Virus record (IMG/VR): IMGVR_UViG_3300038829_000052
Location: 1-49,079 of that record
DNA length: 49,079 nucleotides
Source: a virus
Lineage: Duplodnaviria > Caudoviricetes
Direction: 5' to 3' (one strand)
Of the stretch, positions 42,287 through 49,079 are shown one piece after another. The position numbers and the translations under genes were made by a program. How positions within the stretch are numbered: position 1 is the stretch's first letter; each line of letters starts with the position of its first letter. The notes beneath the pieces are model-generated. The model did not search any database. It worked only from the letters and a program-made list of their open reading frames with translations, and had not been told where the DNA came from.

Positions 42287-43771
42287 TCACTGAGCCAATT
42301 CCAGGCCAGACGCGGCGACGGCAGAGCGAATCATCTCCTGTTCCATTCTGCTGAGGGGCTGAGTGTATCTGTAACCACGTAGGGCTGTATCGACGGCAGC
42401 CCCAGCCCTGCCTTTCGTCATCGCCGTGGCGCCAAGGCGGCTTGCGATGCCCGTGGTGGCCATACTTAAACCGAGCATGGGCGAAAGATTCTCAGCGCCC
42501 AGCGCGGCCACTATCGGAAGCGGGCCAGTCGGGGCCATTTTGCCGAGATATCTAAGAGTGTTGCCCGCCAAAGAACCTTGAGATACGCGGCGAATGGCGG
42601 CTTGTTCATCGGGCGAGAAAAACCGCATTTCCCGGCCTCGCTTGGCGAAAGTCCTAAATTCGGCGCGAAGGGCGTTTTCGATACCGGAAACGGAATATTG
42701 CGATTTTCCCAGCGTGGCTCGGTCAATCAATGTTTCCAGCGTCTCGGCTTTTGCAGAACGCGAATAGGCATCGCGCGCCGTTCTGAGTGCGGCGATTCCC
42801 GCTGCTGGGTCTCCTGTTATCACATCCTCGGGGCCAGCCCTGCTCACAAAGCGATCAAGCCGCGTTTTGATTCGGCTTACCAAACGCGCGTCGGCATAAG
42901 CGCGAGCATCATTCGCGGCGCTTTGCGCAGCATTAATATTGCGTCTGAGAATTTCCGCCCTTTCCAAAGTGAGCGGTCCTAGAGATAGATCGTCACCAAC
43001 CAATCTCATTGTATTGGCGGCTTGGGGATACAACCCAACAGCTGCCGGGCTATCGAGCCTCAACCCCTGACGCCCCAAATCATCAGCCATGCCGATGACC
43101 ATGTTCTGCGTGGCCTGTGGATTGAAAACCACACCGGCACGATTGGCGTCATCATAAGCAGCGGCAGCCTGTCGGTTGAGAGCTTCCCGGGTGGGGGGCG
43201 GGTTGGCTCTCCTCCCCACTACATTGAGTACGCGTCCGGCGATGATTGGCGTTAGGATGCTGCCAAGAAACGAGCCGGTTTCGCCACCGAGCTCCTGCCC
43301 AACGCCAGAACCTAGGCCGGCGGTGATTGCTCCAACCGGGCCGGCCCCCATTGTTGCCACGCCCGTTGCTGTTCTGACGCCGGAAGCAATATCTTTGCGT
43401 AGCCCCGTCATCGGCACGCCGATCTTTGACGGGTCCGTGGGGATGCCGATTTTTTCTGCCAACTCCGAGGGAACAGTTGTCTTGCCGGGAATGCCTTCGG
43501 GGCGAAGGCCGGTTTTCTTCAGGAGCCAACTCGCGATATCGCGTCCTGTTTCCGGTAATCCCGGGCCGAGACGATAGAGCGTATCCGCCGTGTCACCCGC
43601 TCCTTGGATTGCCGCGGTCCCCACAATCTTGGCCGTATTGCCAAGCGCAGCCATTCCCTTGTCCCCAGCCCAACCCATTTCCTGGCTGAATTTATCGGCC
43701 AAAGCATTGGGGTCGCCGTCGCCGTCTATTTCATAGGTTTTGCCGTCAGGCCCCTGGATTTGGAGTTTCAT
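42287..43771 (-). CDS. DNA ejection/internal virion protein
   Basis: GPDGKTYEI.G N-terminus, Gly/Ala hydrophobic middle. Last of three large helical genes after the tail genes. Confidence 0.7.
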   Translation of the reverse strand: MKLQIQGPDGKTYEIDGDGDPNALADKFSQEMGWAGDKGMAALGNTAKIVGTAAIQGAGDTADTLYRLGPGLPETGRDIASWLLKKTGLRPEGIPGKTTVPSELAEKIGIPTDPSKIGVPMTGLRKDIASGVRTATGVATMGAGPVGAITAGLGSGVGQELGGETGSFLGSILTPIIAGRVLNVVGRRANPPPTREALNRQAAAAYDDANRAGVVFNPQATQNMVIGMADDLGRQGLRLDSPAAVGLYPQAANTMRLVGDDLSLGPLTLERAEILRRNINAAQSAANDARAYADARLVSRIKTRLDRFVSRAGPEDVITGDPAAGIAALRTARDAYSRSAKAETLETLIDRATLGKSQYSVSGIENALRAEFRTFAKRGREMRFFSPDEQAAIRRVSQGSLAGNTLRYLGKMAPTGPLPIVAALGAENLSPMLGLSMATTGIASRLGATAMTKGRAGAAVDTALRGYRYTQPLSRMEQEMIRSAVAASGLELAQ

Positions 43772-45081
43772 TGCACGACTCGATAACGCGTGCCGCCCGG
43801 CGTCTTGTTCCAAGTGTCTTTGGTGGGGGCGCCCGGTTTGTCGATGGCGGATTCGATTTCAGAGATTGACGGCGTAATCGGCCCACGATAACCAGCCAAC
43901 GTGCCGTGCTTTTCAAAGTACGCAGCGGCCTTCGTCTTGGCATCAACAGCTCGTTCCATGGCCAAAACCAATCGGCCCAAGCGCTCTGCATTGTATTTCG
44001 GATCAAGTGCCGGGTTGTAGGCTCGTTCAATCAGGCGGAAACCTTCCTTTTGGGTGAATTGAGCGCCGAGGATCAGTCGCAGATTCCGCTGGACAACTTC
44101 CTCCACCAATTCCAACGCCTGAGTTTCTTTGGGGTAGGTGAGGCGCTGAACGCCTCGGGGGAGAGAGCCGAAAATCGGGCCAGTTAGACTCTCGCCCGCC
44201 TTCAGTCTGTCGGAAACGCTTTTGAGTTGCGCCAAGTTCTTTTGAATATCGGCGATGCCGCCAGAACCCATGAGTTCGGCGTATTCCTTGCCGAATTTCT
44301 TATCGACCTCGACTTGAGCCGGCGTGAGAACGGGTTTGCCCTTCCATATCCGATAGGGCGGCTCGCCTTCTTTTGCCGGCTCGGCGCCGACTTGCGGAGG
44401 CGTTTCCGGCCCGAGTTCGAACGGCACGGTCGGCACGGCGCCGGGTGTTCTGCCGACAAATTGAGGCCCGCGCTTCGATTGATCCAAAATGGCCGCAACT
44501 TCATTCGCGGCGCGGTCTCCTGGGGCGGAGCCGGGCGCATATTCAATTTCAGCGTGAGGCGTGCGCGTTCTAATTTGCGGCCCAGAAGTGGCAGTCGGGA
44601 TAACAGGTTCCACTTTCCCGGATTTGCTGACGCGGGCATAGATTGGCGTTCCCTCGCGAGTCTCGCCAACCTTTTCGACCGTCCAGCTTTCCTTTTCTGA
44701 TTGAGTCCGAGTAAGTTCAAGGCGGGCACGGTCGATTTCGTTCGTCGCAAGAAACCGACGCTCTTGTGCCTTCATTTCTTCAAGCTGCTTATCTAGCCCC
44801 ATGACATTCAGAAACATATTCATGGCCCCGCCCGTCGCCTGTTGGCGCGCGGCATCTAGGGGGGCGAGGCTCTTGGCGAACGGCGTGCCCCCACCGGAAG
44901 CATCCAGGGCCGCCAGCCCCACATCGCCCAGCCGCGAGATCGGATCGTTGCGGACCGTCGCATCCCGGATCATGCTTTCCATGAGCGGGGCGAACATGGA
45001 TTTCAGGCTATCGGGCGTGCTTCCAATCGCCGTGTTCTGAGGCGAAGAAACTTGGCCGATCATATCGAGAAGGGATGCCAT
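43768..45081 (-). CDS. DNA ejection/internal virion protein
   Basis: Helical. VDK.F.K.Y, LR.ILGAQFT.KEG segment. Position in the operon. Confidence 0.7.
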   Translation of the reverse strand: MASLLDMIGQVSSPQNTAIGSTPDSLKSMFAPLMESMIRDATVRNDPISRLGDVGLAALDASGGGTPFAKSLAPLDAARQQATGGAMNMFLNVMGLDKQLEEMKAQERRFLATNEIDRARLELTRTQSEKESWTVEKVGETREGTPIYARVSKSGKVEPVIPTATSGPQIRTRTPHAEIEYAPGSAPGDRAANEVAAILDQSKRGPQFVGRTPGAVPTVPFELGPETPPQVGAEPAKEGEPPYRIWKGKPVLTPAQVEVDKKFGKEYAELMGSGGIADIQKNLAQLKSVSDRLKAGESLTGPIFGSLPRGVQRLTYPKETQALELVEEVVQRNLRLILGAQFTQKEGFRLIERAYNPALDPKYNAERLGRLVLAMERAVDAKTKAAAYFEKHGTLAGYRGPITPSISEIESAIDKPGAPTKDTWNKTPGGTRYRVVQ

Positions 45082-45705
45082 CTATCGCTCCTGATACGCG
45101 CCGCCGTACATATCTGGGACCGACGACACGCCGAACTCCTTGGTTCCCTGCTTCGGCTTACCGATCATCTCGCCCAGGCGCATGATACCCTGAGACGCCG
45201 CGCCAAAACCCGTATTTCTGTTCTGGCGATTGAATAGCTGCATCAACATGGAGGGCTGAACGAGGCTGCCGAAGGATGCGGCGTTGCGCTGTTGTCCGCC
45301 GGCCATGTTCAGAAGTTGCTGGCGCGCGGTCTCGCGAGCCTTCATCCCGGCATCCTGAAATCCCTTGGCGAGAATGCCCCAAATTGTCTCGTCCCGCCTT
45401 TCGGGGTTGATCGTGCCACGGCCGGTGGCGCCCCTTGAAGCGATCTCGCGCATGATCCGATCTACCGAAGAAATCAGGTCGGTGCGGTTGCGCTGCTCTT
45501 CCAGGCCGGAAATATTGCGGAAATATTGAGAATTCGGATCGGCAGAGGCCGCCATGTAGGTATTGGCGTTGCCCGCCGCCTGGGCCGCCTCGGCTATTCC
45601 ATAGGGCTGCGGTTCCTTGCGGAACGCCTGTGCAATCCCGCCGCCAAGGCCGCCGACCGCCCCCAGAAGACGGATGATGTTGCCCCAATCGGTTTCAGCC
45701 ATCAC
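45082..45705 (-). CDS. DNA ejection (pilot-like) protein
   Basis: Gly/Ala/Gln-rich, directly after the nozzle gene. Confidence 0.65.
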   Translation of the reverse strand: MMAETDWGNIIRLLGAVGGLGGGIAQAFRKEPQPYGIAEAAQAAGNANTYMAASADPNSQYFRNISGLEEQRNRTDLISSVDRIMREIASRGATGRGTINPERRDETIWGILAKGFQDAGMKARETARQQLLNMAGGQQRNAASFGSLVQPSMLMQLFNRQNRNTGFGAASQGIMRLGEMIGKPKQGTKEFGVSSVPDMYGGAYQER

Positions 45706-47768
45706 TGTTTCCCATGGCGGGAGAAATAAACCGTAAACCGGCTCAACACGTCCGGTCCGGTCCCGCCTTCCGTCGTGAACCTTAGCTTCACGGCCTCCCC
45801 TCGCCAGCGAAGGGATTCCTTCACGTTGTTCACGGTTGACCCTCCGATTTTGGAGGTGCCCACAACGAAATTCCCGACAGCGGCGCCCGCAGAAGTGGCG
45901 ATGCTTATGCTGTCGGAAGACATGCCCGAGTCATAGTCGCCCTCGGCTTCGATAGTATAGGCGACGTTACCGCCCACGTCAAAGATGGGCTTGATATACT
46001 GGCCCTGACAGATCGAAACGGGCGCTGGGGAGCCCCTGACGGCATGGGGCTTGAGATGGGCGGATTCGAACTCGGTCGTATAATTCCCCCCGTCATCTTG
46101 ATAATCCCCCTGGTCGAAAATATAGACCTTCCCGCCGGGGCCGCAGCACAGAAGATCGCCGTTTGACATGATCTTATAATCGTTCTGCTGGGCGAATTTT
46201 CCGTCAAAAACCGACCAAGAGCCGCCCTGGGGCGATAGACCCTGCTGTCTCCCGAGATAGGTCGTATAGTTGAAGTTGTAGATTCTGGCGCCGATCTTAA
46301 TCATCAACCAGGAACGGCGCGAATAGTGAAAGCATTTGATCCCCGATTCGGGGGTTGTCTGAAGTTCCTCGCGGATCGTCGATTTGATGGCTTCGGAGAT
46401 ATTCGCCCGGTTCAAGGTAGAAGCATCCGAGGCCATCGAGACGGATTGCACCCCATCGCCCGTCAGGAAAGCCGCGTCGTTGCCGATGGAGATCAATCCA
46501 CCTTCCGCCGCAACCCCCTGGGGGAACAAGCCAACCGGGGTGAAATTCGCCGTGTCCAGCGGGTCAACACCGGAATAGAGAAAGATGTTCTTCTTCCCGC
46601 CCAAGACCAGGAACCTTTGGAAAGAGGTCATGTCAACGACGTAATCCCCTTGGGGTTGAAGGCCACCAAACTTGAACGTCGAGGCGTCTAGCGTGGCCCC
46701 ATTCGTCATGTCCTGGGGGTCTCCGGGGCCGGAAATCCTGATCTTTCGGCGGTCTCTCGCATCGATGTAAAAGACATAGCCAAAGTGATTATGGGTGTGC
46801 GAGGCAATCGGCATTGCCGATTTCAGGAACACGCCGGAATCCGCCGTCACTTGGCTTGGAACGGATGTCACGGTCAATTGGCCGGAGGCGATTGCGCTCA
46901 CCCGAGCCACAGCAGAACGAGTAGTGTTGTAGAAATAGTCTCCCACGCGAGTTTCCGTGCCGGGCCAGTTCGTAAGCCCCGAGACCCCGATGGTCGTCGG
47001 CGTGGCTGGCGCGGCCAGGGTGCCCGTATTGTCGGGGTCTCCGTTCGTGGGGATGACGTTCAACTCGACAAGATCGATCAGCCGGTAAAGGTCTCCCGCG
47101 GCGTTGTTGACGCCCTCCCCGAGAGCTCGCCCGGAAGCGCCCATTGGCGTATGAACGAGCCGGCCGAGAGCGGCGGCAGACGCAACTGAAGCCGTCGTGT
47201 TCGCCGTGACAATGCCCGTGACAACGCTGAAGGTGCCCCGGGTCACGTTATGAACGAGATCGTTGACCCTCGCCCCCCGGATCACCCAATCCCCAACACT
47301 GGAATCCTCGAAACCGTTGGCCGTGACGGCGGCCATTGTTCCCTCGGCGATCTTCGCCAGGAGTTCCGTGAAGGTTATACCGTCTTCGGTATAAAAGTTC
47401 CGGTCGGTGCCGTTATCGAAGATCAACTTGTCGTCGAATTGGATCGAATGAAGCCGATTGGTCGTGTCGATATTCGACCTTACGACCGTCCAGGTAGAGG
47501 CGCCATCGTATCGGTAAAGACTCCCGCCACCATCCACAAAGCGAACACTCGCACCGTCCTTCTTCACCAACTCATGTATCGCCGTAAGATTCGGAGAACC
47601 GGCAACCGTCATCCCATATTGACGGATGCCCTGCCGCATCTCGGCGCCGCCCGCAGTGTTGAGAAAGCGGTTGCGAAGCGTAATGGCGTAATCTGGCGGG
47701 ACCTCGGTTTCGATGAACGAGGTCGCGAGGCCCTTTGGTGAGATGGAATAAGTGCGGTCCAGGAGCAT
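45702..47768 (-). CDS. Tail nozzle/stabilisation protein (P22 gp10/T7 tubular B-like)
   Basis: 688 aa, beta-propeller-like, follows the adaptor gene. Confidence 0.78.
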   Translation of the reverse strand: MLLDRTYSISPKGLATSFIETEVPPDYAITLRNRFLNTAGGAEMRQGIRQYGMTVAGSPNLTAIHELVKKDGASVRFVDGGGSLYRYDGASTWTVVRSNIDTTNRLHSIQFDDKLIFDNGTDRNFYTEDGITFTELLAKIAEGTMAAVTANGFEDSSVGDWVIRGARVNDLVHNVTRGTFSVVTGIVTANTTASVASAAALGRLVHTPMGASGRALGEGVNNAAGDLYRLIDLVELNVIPTNGDPDNTGTLAAPATPTTIGVSGLTNWPGTETRVGDYFYNTTRSAVARVSAIASGQLTVTSVPSQVTADSGVFLKSAMPIASHTHNHFGYVFYIDARDRRKIRISGPGDPQDMTNGATLDASTFKFGGLQPQGDYVVDMTSFQRFLVLGGKKNIFLYSGVDPLDTANFTPVGLFPQGVAAEGGLISIGNDAAFLTGDGVQSVSMASDASTLNRANISEAIKSTIREELQTTPESGIKCFHYSRRSWLMIKIGARIYNFNYTTYLGRQQGLSPQGGSWSVFDGKFAQQNDYKIMSNGDLLCCGPGGKVYIFDQGDYQDDGGNYTTEFESAHLKPHAVRGSPAPVSICQGQYIKPIFDVGGNVAYTIEAEGDYDSGMSSDSISIATSAGAAVGNFVVGTSKIGGSTVNNVKESLRWRGEAVKLRFTTEGGTGPDVLSRFTVYFSRHGKQ

Positions 47769-48451
47769 TAGCCGCCCCTTGGTTGAAAATAGACCGAATT
47801 TCCGACATCGGCATTGAAGCGGTTGTTCGCCTCTTTCCGCATACGCAGGGCTTCTGTGTAGGCCGTTTGGAATTCCCTCGTCGGGTTCCCTCCGCTTTCG
47901 CTCAATAGAGCCTTGGCGTAAAGCGATTGCACGACGAGATTCGCCGGAAATGGAATGACAAGAGCGCCGTTCGTCGTCGAGTAGATGAATGGCTTTTGGA
48001 AATAGAGGACGTTGAATGTTTTCCCCGAAACATCCGTGGGAATAGGTGCCACCCGGAAGTTGGGATTTCCGGACGAGACGTTGACGCCTTCAATGGCAAC
48101 CTGTCGGGGGGTGCCGTAGTTCCCGATCCTGTTGAGTTGGCGAAGCGTTGCCAAATCCTGCCAGATCAGAGGAGACGTAGCGGACCCATACACGATCTCG
48201 TTGACGTTCTTTACCAACCCGGAGACTTGAACTTCATAAACTGCCGTCGAGGAAATGGCGGTGACGTTCACTTCTCGGATGTATTCCTGCCAGTCGCCCG
48301 AATCGGCGATTTCATCCATGACCTCGTTGAGCATGTCCAATAGTTCGCGCGACTTCTTGGTTGAAGTCACGGCAGACGAGGCGTTCAGACCGAGCTTGCG
48401 TTCGACCCGATTGATGACCGTTAGCACCGTCTCTCTGAGGCCCGTGGTCAT
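47768..48451 (-). CDS. Head-tail adaptor (tail tubular protein A-like)
   Basis: T.L..INRV..KLG, LNE...EI....DW, G.P, P.P motifs. Confidence 0.78.
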   Translation of the reverse strand: MTTGLRETVLTVINRVERKLGLNASSAVTSTKKSRELLDMLNEVMDEIADSGDWQEYIREVNVTAISSTAVYEVQVSGLVKNVNEIVYGSATSPLIWQDLATLRQLNRIGNYGTPRQVAIEGVNVSSGNPNFRVAPIPTDVSGKTFNVLYFQKPFIYSTTNGALVIPFPANLVVQSLYAKALLSESGGNPTREFQTAYTEALRMRKEANNRFNADVGNSVYFQPRGG

Positions 48452-49059
48452 TACGTCCTCTTATAGTATTGAACGATGCCGATGCAGTTCGTCGCGGCTG
48501 AAGCACCGCTGCACACCATTTCCACGCGACCGGAAACGCCGGTCAATCTAGAAGCCGACACGGCAGTAAAGTCATATAGACCGCCGGCAGAAACCGTGAT
48601 CGTGCCGAAGTAGTTGCGGGAATCTGAGTTCCCGACGTTCACCCTGACACCGCCGGCAGCCGCGGAGCCATTGACGATAACTTTCACGGCCAAGCGTGCG
48701 ATATTCGATGTGGTCGGGAGAAAGGCGACTTGCGCCGTGGTATTCGAGCCCACGGTGGTCTCTTGGACAACCAATATGTCGCCGCGCGAATCGGCGGCCG
48801 AGGTGGCGGCGGAAACGCCTTGCCTGACTCGTCCGGTTAATGTTGCAGCCGAGCCCGTAATCAAGCCCGCAACGACAATGGTCCCAGCGGATATATTCGT
48901 CGCCACGAGAACCGGCGTGGAGATTTCAGATTGAAACGCCTGAGCTGTCGTATCAAAGAGATTGGCGCCGGAATCGACAAGATCGCCAAATTGCGCGGAC
49001 GTAGGGATGTCGCCCGTCTCAAAATAAGCCTTGAGGGTGACTCGTGAAACGACGGCCAT
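48451..49059 (-). CDS. Virion structural protein, full-length paralog of the fibre N-terminal ~200 aa
   Basis: TLK.YFETG...DS.ANL, SAATLTG, AADSRG, NYFGTITVS and VQYY are shared. Confidence 0.75.
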   Translation of the reverse strand: MAVVSRVTLKAYFETGDIPTSAQFGDLVDSGANLFDTTAQAFQSEISTPVLVATNISAGTIVVAGLITGSAATLTGRVRQGVSAATSAADSRGDILVVQETTVGSNTTAQVAFLPTTSNIARLAVKVIVNGSAAAGGVRVNVGNSDSRNYFGTITVSAGGLYDFTAVSASRLTGVSGRVEMVCSGASAATNCIGIVQYYKRT

Positions 49060-49079
49060 TACGAAGTCCCGCCCTTGAC

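Noticed and set aside
1-49079. Integrase, DGR reverse transcriptase, DNA/RNA polymerase, tRNA genes
   Set aside because: No corresponding motifs were recognised in any ORF or intergenic region. Absence is judged by eye only.

Overview
This window is an apparently complete, circularly permuted genome of a GC-rich tailed phage of podovirus type. It has a P22/T7-like portal, adaptor, nozzle and ejection proteins, and no tape measure or sheath gene was recognised. The first 8 nt (cccttgac) repeat the last 8 nt, and a Gly-rich fibre gene missed by the ORF track reads through that junction, so the unit genome is about 49,071 bp. The host is probably an alphaproteobacterium (inference). Layout: a long minus-strand late region (terS, HNH, terL, a glycosyl/methyltransferase cluster, portal, GNAT, GroES, scaffold, capsid, a paralogous set of Ser/Ala-rich decoration/fibre proteins, tail, ejection and lysis genes); a plus-strand island of small genes at 21-23.7 kb; a minus-strand replication/modification arm (RusA, two DNA MTases, a DnaA-C-domain protein, a short replication protein); and a plus-strand arm of small early/recombination genes. 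No integrase, cI-type repressor, polymerase, helicase or primase was recognised. Most notable: (1) a ~430-nt highly base-paired non-coding element sitting where the DNA-binding half of the replication initiator would be expected; (2) a dif-like XerCD site with an adjacent IHF-like site in an integrase-less tailed phage; (3) a five-gene glycan-building cluster between terL and portal, alongside structural proteins rich in V-S-A motifs (candidate virion glycosylation system); (4) an HTH + PLD-like + membrane protein cassette (candidate defence/exclusion module); (5) an antisense M48 peptidase overlapped by a translationally coupled ORF; (6) repeated duplication of gene boundaries around inserted genes. 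All family calls are from motif recognition by eye, not from database searches.
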